A stretch of DNA of 63,961 nucleotides, filler included, from Stramenopiles sp. TOSAG23-2 (Eukaryota), in NCBI GenBank assembly GCA_900128395.1. It is 3 parts of 3 records of this genome, joined end to end, with 100 filler letters (N's around TTAATTAATTAA, not from the genome) between each part and the next. Parts side by side here need not be neighbours in the genome. Positions count along the whole stretch, not along the records: positions 1 to 22,227 come from LT649517.1; 2 more parts are not named here. One strand, given 5' to 3'. Below, piece after piece: positions 1 to 9,984 of the stretch. The position numbers and the translations under genes are program-made. Below the pieces are notes generated by a model, which saw only the letters and a program-made list of their open reading frames with translations, had not been told where the DNA came from and ran no database searches. Positions within the stretch are counted from its first letter, which is position 1, and each line of letters begins with the position of its first letter.

Positions 1-1
1 T

Positions 2-271
2 TCACAAAATAAATGTGATGAAGCATTAGAATATTATAATAAATCATTAGATATTAAAATAAATAAATTAGGTAAAGATCATACTAGTGTTGCATTGACA
101 TATTATAACATTGGTATATTTCATAAAAATAAATCTAAAAAATACAAAGAAGCATTGGAATGTTTCAACAAGTCGTACAATATATACAACAATAAACTAG
201 GTGATGATCATCGAGACACAAAAGATGCTATAAGAATGATACAAATATGTAAAAATCGATTAGGAATGTAA
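2..271 (+). CDS. 3' end of a kinesin-light-chain-type (42-aa) TPR repeat protein, 5'-truncated at the window edge
   Basis: Manual translation of frame 2: SQNKCDEALEYYNKSLDIKINKLGKDHTSVALTYYNIG...KEALECFNKSYNIYNNKLGDDHRDT...RLGM*. Matches the TPR_12-type consensus (A-x-x-Y-x-N-[IL]-G...EALEYY-x-KSL-x-I...LG-x-DH). Missing from the ORF track. Confidence 0.9.
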   Translation, partial: SQNKCDEALEYYNKSLDIKINKLGKDHTSVALTYYNIGIFHKNKSKKYKEALECFNKSYNIYNNKLGDDHRDTKDAIRMIQICKNRLGM

Positions 272-556
272 AAAGTAGTTCGTCCTTTTCCCCTGTGTGT
301 GTCTAAAAGTGATAAAATATATATATAGGTATAATATCTCTCTTTAGTATACATACAAGTACAAGCTCCATCCCCTCAACTTAAACACACATATATCCAT
401 AGTGAATACACTTATATATATATCTAGAAAGACGACCTGCGCTAAGAGAGAATTGACTAAGACAGAGTGATATCAATCATATTAATATTGAGACTCAATA
501 TATATCATCCACATCAGTCATCATCGTTGTATAAATAATATTTATTTTATTACGAT

Positions 557-752
557 ATATAATATATCTGATCGTGTCGAATATTATACATTTGTAAATA
601 TTCTAACATTTTGTTTTAATTATTCATTTTTATAAATTTTAGAATTATTTAAAAATATAATATATCTGATCGTGTCGAATATTATACATTTGTAAATATT
701 CTAACATTTTGTTTTAATTATTCATTTTTATAAATTTTAGAATTATTTAAAA
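557..752. repeat. Exact tandem duplication, 98-bp unit
   Basis: ATATAATATATCTGATCGTGTCGAA... occurs at ~557 and ~655. Confidence 0.9.
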
Positions 753-984
753 TAAAAAATAACGTTCATTTTTTATCAATAATTCAGTTAAAAAAATAGA
801 ATTTAATTTATTATTTATTAGACAAAACAAAAACAAACAAACAATAACGCAACTACTATTTCACGAATTATAAGAATAAATTTATTAATCAACGCCCATC
901 TTCCTTTACAGTTATATAAAGACAACCACTATTAACTGTTAAATACCAACAACAAATATATAACAAAAATATAATAAAAAAAAG

Positions 985-1749
985 ATGTGCCGTTGGTATT
1001 GTACATCTACAGGACCAAATACAAATTTACAATGTTTATGGTGTGGTGTTTATTATTGTGGTGCTTGTTTACATGGTGAATATGGCAAAATGAAAAGTCT
1101 AGTACGTTGTGCTCATTGTAATAAAAATCCAAGAAGTTTGCCAGATCGTATGCGTGGCAATTGGAAAACATTATCGATGGAAACATATGATCCACGTGTA
1201 GTAAATGCTAGGCGTACGATACAAGAAAATCGTAATGAACAAGTCAAAGTGGATCTACGTCATCAACGACGTATGAGTGGTGGTATGACACAACCTCCAT
1301 TAAAAAAAATATTACCACGTCGTCGAAAATCTGTCATGGTAACAGTCTCTTTATTTGATGATGATGATGATGATGACAACAACAACGACGACGAAGATGA
1401 TGATAATATAGAACAAAAGCAACAACAACATGATATTGTAAATAAAAATAATATATTGCAAACGAATACTAATAATAATCAATTAAAAGATGATACAGAA
1501 GATTATGGTACCAATAGAAGTAGAAGTGGTAGCGTAACATGGTGCGAAGATGAAAGTAACATCCAATTAGGCAATCATCGTCGTCAATCCGTATGGGATC
1601 GTTTAACAAATGTACATTTATACCCAGTGAATCATTTAAGACGTTTTGATAAAAATTTTGACCGTGGCATTGGTATCCACAATGCCGAAGCACATCCTTC
1701 AATATCACCAACACAAGTTAATAATCAACAAGGAGGTAATGGGGAATAA
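985..1749 (+). CDS. Hypothetical protein: N-terminal Cys-rich zinc-finger-like region and C-terminal partial p25alpha-like motif
   Basis: CxxC clusters (CRWYC, CLWC, CGAC, CAHC), a D/N low-complexity linker, and SVWDRLTNVHLYPVNHLRRFD..RGIG resembling the partial p25alpha consensus. Confidence 0.65.
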   Translation: MCRWYCTSTGPNTNLQCLWCGVYYCGACLHGEYGKMKSLVRCAHCNKNPRSLPDRMRGNWKTLSMETYDPRVVNARRTIQENRNEQVKVDLRHQRRMSGGMTQPPLKKILPRRRKSVMVTVSLFDDDDDDDNNNDDEDDDNIEQKQQQHDIVNKNNILQTNTNNNQLKDDTEDYGTNRSRSGSVTWCEDESNIQLGNHRRQSVWDRLTNVHLYPVNHLRRFDKNFDRGIGIHNAEAHPSISPTQVNNQQGGNGE

Positions 1750-1959
1750 TATAAATAGAGATCTAATAAATGTAGAAAATGGAGTCGCAGAGTCGTGAGG
1801 GAAAAAGTCAAGGGGCGAGGAGAGTCGAGAGGAACGTACGCTTCGTATAATTATAATATATAATCGTATTTTAGATATGTTAAAACGCAGAGGGACTATA
1901 CTCGCGTTTCTTTCTCTCTTACACCCCACCACCCACCACTCTCCCGCGCCCTATTATAT

Positions 1960-3410
1960 TCATATCGTCCGTTTATGCAATACACTAGCACCAATCTCTT
2001 CATATTCTTCCTTTGTGACCCACATTGATTTAAATGCAGCTAAACTTGCTAATATACTACCACCCATCCAAGTCAAAAATTGTCTATTTGGTGGTGCGCT
2101 GATTTTAATTTTAACATCCTGAATATATATAATATATTTAATATTATTGTTAGTATAATGTGTAAAAGAGTAAAAGGATGTGGCATATATATAGATAGAT
2201 ATAGATACATACCGCACATTGTGATGCTTGAGCTAAACTCTTAATTTCCTTTAACAATCTATCACCATATCCAGTAAACATTGTGGATCCACCAGCTAAT
2301 ACAATATCACTAAATAATTTTTTACGTAAATCCATATCCGATTTAAAGATAGCATTGCCTAAACATTGATGTACACCACCATATTCCGTACCAATAATGC
2401 TTGGACTAAATAATATTTCTGGTGCACGGAAGCATTCTGGTCCTATTTTAATTAATTTACCATCTGGTAATTTATATTCTTTAATTTCAGTATTATTATC
2501 CCGTTCAATTTCTTCCTCACGTATTGGATTAAATGCAACATAACATACATTTTCTTTAATATTACGTACAATTTCACGTTCCGCTGTTGTATGAAAAACA
2601 TATCCAGCACGACGTAATAAACGTTGTAAATATTCCGTTACGTCCTGTGTAAATATAAATAGATAGATAGAGGATGGGTATGAATATGTTAGTTTTTTTT
2701 TCTTTTGTTTTAATATATCAATCGACATGGAATATATGATGATAGATTGTGAATATCGTGTTACACTTACACGACCTGCAACATCCATTCTTGTTATAGC
2801 ATGTGGCATGGAAAATCCTTCATATACAGGGACTGCATGTGTGACACCATCACCACTATCTAATACAACACCAGTTGTACGACCACTTGAATATAAACTA
2901 AGTGTTGCTTGCGGTGATACAAACAATGCTGGTGTACCAAATGTTTCAAAGAATACTTCTGCTGATTTCTCACGATTACGTCTTGGATTTAATGGTGCCT
3001 CTGTTAATAATACAGGATGTTCCTCGGATGAGACACCTAAATTATTTTTTTCATATAAACTAGCCCATATTTTTTCCATATCTGCCCAATTGGTTACCAT
3101 ACCATGTTCCATTGGGTATGCTAATTTCATAATTCCACGATGTTCATCCGCTTCATTTCCTATAAATATATCACCTTCAATACGTGATTGTACCATCACT
3201 CGTGAATGTTTTGGTCGTCCAACAAATGCATAAAAAACACATTTAGGTTTATCATGCCTGTGTATGAATGAGTTATATATGTTAGAGAGGATATATCTTT
3301 TTTTTTAATTGTAAGAGAAGAGAATTTATTACGTACCCTCCAAATCCTGCTTTCATTACACCTGTACCATTATCTATTACAATTGGTTGATTTAATGTAG
3401 TTGTATTCAT
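1960..3410 (-). CDS. ACTR1: Actin-related protein 1 (centractin, dynactin), 4 exons
   Basis: Exons 3410-3337, 3257-2771, 2644-2213, 2118-1960, with GT-AG introns 3336-3258, 2770-2645, 2212-2119. The spliced product begins [25 protein letters not shown] and contains [26 protein letters not shown] and GDRLLKE, all Arp1-type signatures. Confidence 0.92.
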
Positions 3411-3535
3411 GTTTTATTTTTTTTTTTAAAATCAATCAATTATTGTATAATTTTTGTAATTTATAGTTGTAAAATTCTTAGATTTTAGTTTTTGTATTTT
3501 ATTTTTGGATACGTAAGAGATATCGATACATAGAA

Positions 3536-4306
3536 TTGATGATGAATATTCTTACACCATCGTCGTCATCAACAACAACATCATCACCATCATTATCAGC
3601 AAATGTCATCACCAACACCAACACCACTGTAAATAATAATACAGCTATATTGAATACATTTGCTCAAATTAATACCTCCAAACAATGGACAACATTATCT
3701 GCTTTTATCAATAAATTCAATAAAAAAATTAAGAAGAAGAAACATTTAAAAGCATTAACAACACGTGAAGCTGGGTATATATTACTATCTACTGACCCGA
3801 ATGTTTTGAAAACGTTTGGTATATGGATCACATCATTTGGTAAAAAGTTTATGCCAATTGTCATCACGAATCCTGCACATTATCGATATTATCAACAACA
3901 AAACAACATGAAAAATATAAATAATAAAAATAGAAATGGAAATAGAAATACTAATACTACCAATAATTGTAATAATAATAATGCAAGAAAGAAGAATCAT
4001 CATCAACTATTACTAAATGAAAATCATAATAACGACAACAATCATACCAATCGTAATACAAAGAATGTAATAAACGGTGACAATAATAATTTCATAACAT
4101 GCACATGTGCTGGAAAAAAACCATCTTCCTCTACACAACAACAACATGATCAAAATAGAAAATTTTATGAAAGTCACGATTACAACGCTGGAAGGCATTT
4201 CAGTACGCAATCCCAACATAAAGCAAATTGTTTATTATGGTCACCACCAACATCAGGGCATTTGCATTCATGGCGACGTGGGTATGAAGATGATGGAAAG
4301 AAGTAA
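3536..4306 (+). CDS. Hypothetical Asn-rich protein, possibly with further Cys/His-rich 3' exons up to ~4640
   Basis: 256-codon ORF divergent from ARP1, with host-like low-complexity composition. A possible intron starts near 4303 but I could not resolve the downstream exons. Confidence 0.5.
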   Translation: MMMNILTPSSSSTTTSSPSLSANVITNTNTTVNNNTAILNTFAQINTSKQWTTLSAFINKFNKKIKKKKHLKALTTREAGYILLSTDPNVLKTFGIWITSFGKKFMPIVITNPAHYRYYQQQNNMKNINNKNRNGNRNTNTTNNCNNNNARKKNHHQLLLNENHNNDNNHTNRNTKNVINGDNNNFITCTCAGKKPSSSTQQQHDQNRKFYESHDYNAGRHFSTQSQHKANCLLWSPPTSGHLHSWRRGYEDDGKK

Positions 4307-4815
4307 TGTGAAAGTTGTTACTTGATATATATGTATGTAGATCGGCTGTATATGTTTGGAACAAGAGGGTTATAGGGTGCACATTATCGCATACTAGAAG
4401 CGAATTGCACTTTTGCTCACACAATGCAAGTAGATGCATCCAAATGTAAAGTCAACAACATATATAATGGTCCAATAATTGTGAAGCATGTATACCAGTC
4501 TGTCATGTGTGATCTGTGAAAAAGGAAAGTAAAACGAGGCGTAGGGGGTGGAAGAACTCCATAAGATTCCATTGTATGCACAATAAGAGAATGTGCATCA
4601 GTATTTCATCCCTACCGAATGTATCCCGTGTGTATAAATTAAAAATATAGTTTTCTTAAGTCTCTTTCGTCTTGTTTATTTTATACAACAAAGTCCATTT
4701 GAATTATAGTGTTTCCCTTTCCCTTTCCCTTCAGTATATAATAATGAAATAAATATCAATATACACCTTTGCGTTTTACACATTATACAACAAAAATATA
4801 CAAATCGCATACACC

Positions 4816-6510
4816 ATGAATTACTTAGAAGGCATATCGTTTGTCCCAACAACAAATGAAACACGACGTGAAAAAAAATCAAAGAAAAAGAAGAAGAAAA
4901 AGAAAAAAAAACATAAAAAGAAAATAATTAATAATAATTTAAATGTAAATTTAAATAATAGTAGTAGTGGGGAATCCAACGATGAAGATAATAATATAAA
5001 TCAAGAGAAGCAACTATATCATATAACAAAACAACCACCACCACAAACATTATCCTTTGACGAATTATTAGCAAAAGCAAATGGTACCGCTCCAATATCA
5101 TCCATCTCTTCGCAACCACCACAAACATTATCCTTTGAAGAATTATTAGCAAAAGCAAAAGATGATAACAATCCTATTAATAATAATAATAATATAAATT
5201 CAACAAGAATATCACCAATTATTAGTAGTCGAAGAAACAATATACGTAAACATGAATCCATTCAACCATCGAAATTAGATCCAAACAAAGCAGCAGCAGA
5301 AGCAATAAAACGTCAATTATTAGGGTTAGAACCAACCAATACACCAACCAACGAAGAATACAATGACGATGCACCTCCTGCTACCAATAATCCAATGAAT
5401 AATCCACGTTTATTTAAAAAACGTAAAGCAGAATTAATTGAACAACGAAAATTACATCATTTGAATCATGGTAATAATCGACAACAACAGAAAAACAACA
5501 ACATGAAAACAAACAGCATGATGTCAAATCGATTTCATAAAGAAGGTGAAACATTTGATCCAGCAAATGCACGTGGTACTAGTATATCAAGTAATACGAC
5601 AAGTTCCGATCTGGATTCAATTTTCATTAAAAATGTTTTAAAACGTGGTAAACGATTTAAAGGTTTAATGATGGAAACTGGTGGTACTGGTGATCAATCC
5701 ACTGAACTTGATATGAGTTTATTTACAGATAATCGTACAAATTCACAAAAACAAAATGCTATACGTAGCAATGCAGGTAGAAATCAACAACGATATAATC
5801 AAATAGTGCAACATGATCAATATAATATTAACAATAACCGTTTCCCTAAACATTTAATCATATCAATGAATCAATATGCATATTTAATGTTACCAAGGAA
5901 CAAACCAATTACGAATGGACATTGTTTAATAGTTCCATTGCAACCAATTAAAAGCATGACGCAAGCGGATAATGATTTAAATAATGAGATTGCAAATTAT
6001 AAACATAGTTTATTACAAATGTTTCATCATGAAAAACGTTCATGTATCTTTCTTGAAACAGTCATGAATATCAATCGTTCACATCATACATTAATACATT
6101 GTATACCAATTGAGGATGACATTGCAGAGGAATCACCAATACATTTTCAACAAGCGATCTTAAATTCAGATACAGAATGGAGTTCACATAAAAAAATCAT
6201 TAATACAAGTCATGCAAATCATATTAATCAAGCTATACCACCAAATTTTTCTTACTTTCATGTTGAAATATGCCATGTTAAGAAACCGAAAGTTGGATAT
6301 GGACATATAATTGAAGATGCAAAGAAATTTAGTCCATATTTTGGACAGGATGTTGTTAATGATTTACTTGGTAATCCCCCATCACGTTTTGGTAGAAAGG
6401 AAGATAAACGTTTGAATTTCAATGCGCAGCGTGAGTTAGTCATTAAATTTAAACAAAGTTATTGTAAATATGATGTTGTGGGTGAGGAGAAGAAGAAAGG
6501 GGGAGATTGA
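4816..6510 (+). CDS. CWF19L2: CWF19-like protein 2 (CwfJ C-terminal domains; spliceosome-associated)
   Basis: C-terminal HLIIS..YAYLMLP..GHCLIVP..CIFLET..HTLIHCIP..FQQAI..EWSSHKK..IPPNFSYFHV..GYGHIIED, plus a KKKKKHKK N-terminus typical of the family. Confidence 0.88.
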   Translation: MNYLEGISFVPTTNETRREKKSKKKKKKKKKKHKKKIINNNLNVNLNNSSSGESNDEDNNINQEKQLYHITKQPPPQTLSFDELLAKANGTAPISSISSQPPQTLSFEELLAKAKDDNNPINNNNNINSTRISPIISSRRNNIRKHESIQPSKLDPNKAAAEAIKRQLLGLEPTNTPTNEEYNDDAPPATNNPMNNPRLFKKRKAELIEQRKLHHLNHGNNRQQQKNNNMKTNSMMSNRFHKEGETFDPANARGTSISSNTTSSDLDSIFIKNVLKRGKRFKGLMMETGGTGDQSTELDMSLFTDNRTNSQKQNAIRSNAGRNQQRYNQIVQHDQYNINNNRFPKHLIISMNQYAYLMLPRNKPITNGHCLIVPLQPIKSMTQADNDLNNEIANYKHSLLQMFHHEKRSCIFLETVMNINRSHHTLIHCIPIEDDIAEESPIHFQQAILNSDTEWSSHKKIINTSHANHINQAIPPNFSYFHVEICHVKKPKVGYGHIIEDAKKFSPYFGQDVVNDLLGNPPSRFGRKEDKRLNFNAQRELVIKFKQSYCKYDVVGEEKKKGGD

Positions 6511-6666
6511 TGTTATATTAGGGAGTGTGATATGAGAGTATGGTTAAAGGCTAGACTGCGCAGTTATTGTAAATATGATGTTGTGGGTGAGGAGAAGAAG
6601 AAAGGGGGAGATTGATGTTATATTAGGGAGTGTGATATGAGAGTATGGTTAAAGGCTAGACTGCGC
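6457..6666. repeat. Exact tandem duplication, 105-bp unit (spans the CWF19L2 stop)
   Basis: AGTTATTGTAAATATGATG... occurs at 6457 and 6562. Confidence 0.92.
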
Positions 6667-6867
6667 TCTATACTAGAGGCGTTAGCGAGGAGGGAGGAAA
6701 AGTCGAAAGGTCGAAAAGTCTAAAAGGCATATATGATATAAAACATTAACACTCTTATTTAATCATACATAATAATATCAATTTTAGTATTTTTATATTG
6801 GAAAAAAAATGTGTTTTTTTTTTTATAAACTATAAACTCTCAAAACACTTGCAAAAAACACACAGTA

Positions 6868-7091
6868 AATGACAAATCTCTTGACATTATTACAATGGCA
6901 ATACATTTTTAACGAATGACGACACCATCCTTCACAAATGTAATATACCACACACACAATGCAACAATGTATTATACACAATGACAAATCTCTTGACATT
7001 ATTACAATGGCAATACATTTTTAACGAATGACGACACCATCCTTCACAAATGTAATATACCACACACACAATGCAACAATGTATTATACAC
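6868..7091. repeat. Exact tandem duplication, 112-bp unit
   Basis: AATGACAAATCTCTTGAC... occurs at 6868 and 6980. Confidence 0.92.
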
Positions 7092-7156
7092 GATACACGA
7101 TACACGTCGATAATATTTTAGGTAATCAATGTTCCATCACATATCATCATATTCCT

Positions 7157-8443
7157 TCAAAGTTTACTACTATTATTAACACCCAATTCAATTGGCAATT
7201 GACAACGTACCATCATTTTCCCCGTATTTTTACTTTCAAACAACCCATACAATGCATTTGGAAGCTGATCAAACCCATCAACAATAGTATATTGATCAAT
7301 TATTTTTTTCTCCATTAACCATTTACTTAATTGTTGATTTGCATCAGCAAATTGTTCCATGGTAAAACTCAATGGGTCAGTAATATACCCTTGAAATGTT
7401 AAACGTTTAGCAACGATATGGAATAAATTTCTTACACCATAACGTTTTTCAACAGGTTGATCATATCCACTAATGGAACCACATGCAATGATCCGTCCAA
7501 AATCATTCATTACTTCCAATGCACTTTCAAGTATTTCACCACCAACATTATCAAAATAAATATCTAAACCATTTGGTGCTAAACGTAATAATGCATCTAA
7601 TGGTTTTTCCATTTTATAATTAAATGCATGTACACCAATACTTTCTAATAATTGAATTTTTTCTGGTGTCGATGCACATCCAATGACGGTACAACCTAAT
7701 AATGGTTTTTCCATTTTATAATTAAATGCATGTACACCAATACTTTCTAATAATTGAATTTTTTCTGGTGTCGATGCACATCCAATGACGGTACAACCTA
7801 ATAATTTTAACACTTGCTATATATATATATACGAGTATGTATTTTCATTGTGTTAGATTCTGTAACAATTGTTCAATTTATATAAGGATTAATAACTTAC
7901 AACAGCACAAAATCCAGTTGCACCAGCTGCACCAGATACAAATGCCACTTCACCTTCTTTTGGTTTTCCAATATGTTTAATAGGCAAATACGATGCATTG
8001 CCCGTTCCACCCAGCACGGACATGTATGATTCGACTGGTATGGACGTATCTAATTTTTGTACTTTTGAACTTTTAAAAACATTAAATCGTCTCCAATATC
8101 CACGTGTTGATACACAATCCCCAACTTTAAAATTGGCATCTTTACTATGTAAGATATATCCAATAATTCGACCTGAACCTGGGTTATTTGTTTTCCAATT
8201 CATCATTTGATAATATGTATTTGTATTTTCTTTTTCAGTAAGACCAAGTGTGGAACCTACCATTGCATTTCTCATGGTAGGATCTACTGAAAATAAATAC
8301 GATGCAACAACTACTTCATTTTCATTTAACATATCTTTTGTTGGCATATCGATATTATTCACTTGAAAACATTCTGTCATATTATTTTCATTTCCATTTG
8401 GACGTTTTGTAAATAACACTTCTTGGTTGGTATGAGTACTCAT
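7157..8443 (-). CDS. NADP-dependent MDR oxidoreductase (prostaglandin reductase/2-alkenal reductase family), 2 exons, PTS1
   Basis: SVDPTMR, VSGAAGATG, YFDNVGG and GKMMV motifs. Intron 7900-7817 (GTAAGT..ATAG) joins GFCAV|QVLKLLGC in frame. Ends in -SKL. Contains a 102-bp in-frame duplication. Confidence 0.9.
7598..7801. repeat. Exact tandem duplication, 102-bp unit, in frame inside the MDR reductase
   Basis: Duplicates LLGCTVIGCASTPEKIQLLESIGVHAFNYKMEKP. Confidence 0.95.
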
Positions 8444-8570
8444 TATAAATTGATGATTATTTTTAAGATTTAAGATATATATATATATATAGAGAGAGTG
8501 TGTGATTATAAATTGATGATTATTTTTAAGATTTTAAGATATATATATATAGAGAGAGTGTGTGTGTGAT
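8442..8570. repeat. Imperfect ~63-bp tandem duplication differing in TA/TG microsatellite length
   Basis: ATTATAAATTGATGATTATTTTTAAGA..(TA)n GAGAGAG (TG)n occurs twice. Confidence 0.8.
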
Positions 8571-8723
8571 TATAAATTGTGATTGTTTAATATATATATA
8601 TATATATCGTGTGTACGTCTTAAGGTTTTGGTTTGGCTATTTGTATGTATTCCGTGTGTTATGTGTGATTGTTTAAAAAGATACAGAGGGGGGTCATATT
8701 ATAGTTCCTGGTTCGTTTTTTAT

Positions 8724-8986
8724 ATGGGTGGCGAATGGCCACTTGTACTTTATGTAGACTAATTACTAATGATTAACTATATAATACGATGTGATGCTAT
8801 GTCATGCTACTGGAAAGAGTGAGACCCCATTTTCCAATAGTGTATCGATATAATTTATTGATGTTTTTTAGCCCATCCTGTGTGTCTGGTACGGCCAATT
8901 TTGAACTTAGCATGGAATAGCATTACTAATGGTGTGTATATGCTAGCAAATTGTAGTGAGTGCTGTGTCATGCTATCTCGTGGCCA
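8724..8986 (+). ncRNA. Candidate structured RNA or foldback element (unclassified)
   Basis: Three hand-folded hairpins (8726-8744, 8804-8843, 8908-8975) whose non-Watson-Crick pairs are mostly G-U on the + strand. No match to snRNA or tRNA motifs I know. Confidence 0.35.
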
Positions 8987-9346
8987 TTATTTGACCATTT
9001 TCTGCCCCCTATAGGAATAGTTGCAGAGTTGGACGGAATATAGAAAAGGAGAGCAAAAAATCAAGTCTGAAAAAAGTGTTGACTCAAATGCAGACGACCT
9101 TATACTTAGGGACGACACTACGACACTTAAGACCACACGCACTTGAGTGTTGAGAAAAAAGAAGGGTTGTAGAGACGTTTTATATATATATATAAACGTT
9201 GAGGCAGCAACGGACTAAATAGATTACATATAATATATGTGGTGGTTCCTCACTCGGCCCACTCGCGCCTCGCCATCTTTCTCGCTTTCTCTCCCCTCTC
9301 TTTTTTCTCCTCCTCCGGTCGTCGTACATCTCCATAAATATATTTG

Positions 9347-9945
9347 TTAAAACTGCAAATTATCATAATCGGACATTCGTATTCCATCCCTAGTGCCTAA
9401 TCCATACATATTTTTAATAAATTCATCTGCTCCATTTGCAATCAAAAACGATGCACTTACAGGGTCATTGCGAGCAAAGATGTAATGTAATGCTGTATTT
9501 CCTTCATAATTCTGCGCATCAAGTAGTTGTTTTCCGCCACGAGCTATAAGCATATGTAATAAATCAATATCATCTATTTTTGCTGCTTCTATTAAAAGCG
9601 TATCTCCCGCTTCATTTCTTGTTAAAATATCTGAACCTGCATCTAACATTGCTTTTAATGCTCCTAATTTCTTCGTACGTATCATCTTAAATAGAATATC
9701 TGACATATTGCCTAAACGTGCGGAAAGTAATGCCTTTGTTGTTTTATCTTTTTTCTTAGATAACGTATGGTTTACAGCTTCTGTTCCATTTAAATTTGCC
9801 TTGTGCATACCCGTTGTGATAGCATCCATTGAAGAACTACTACCATTATCATTTACATTCATATTAACACTGGAAGGGGCTGTGGATATATCATCATTTG
9901 TAGACATTTTATCCATATTGTTATTATCGCCATTGTTGTAACTAC

Positions 9946-9984
<39 letters not shown>

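Noticed and set aside
5029-5160. Repeat QPPQTLSF[DE]ELLAKA in CWF19L2
   Set aside because: A diverged, spaced coding repeat in a disordered region. It is ordinary and distinct from the exact duplications.
8680-8916. GATACAGAG (8680) and TTAGCATGG (8907) resemble U6 snRNA elements
   Set aside because: These are adjacent in U6 but lie ~220 nt apart here, and the rest of U6 is absent.
9060-9100. AAGTCTGA...CAGAC resembling RNase P P4 strands
   Set aside because: Only ~25 nt apart, far too close for RNase P or MRP.
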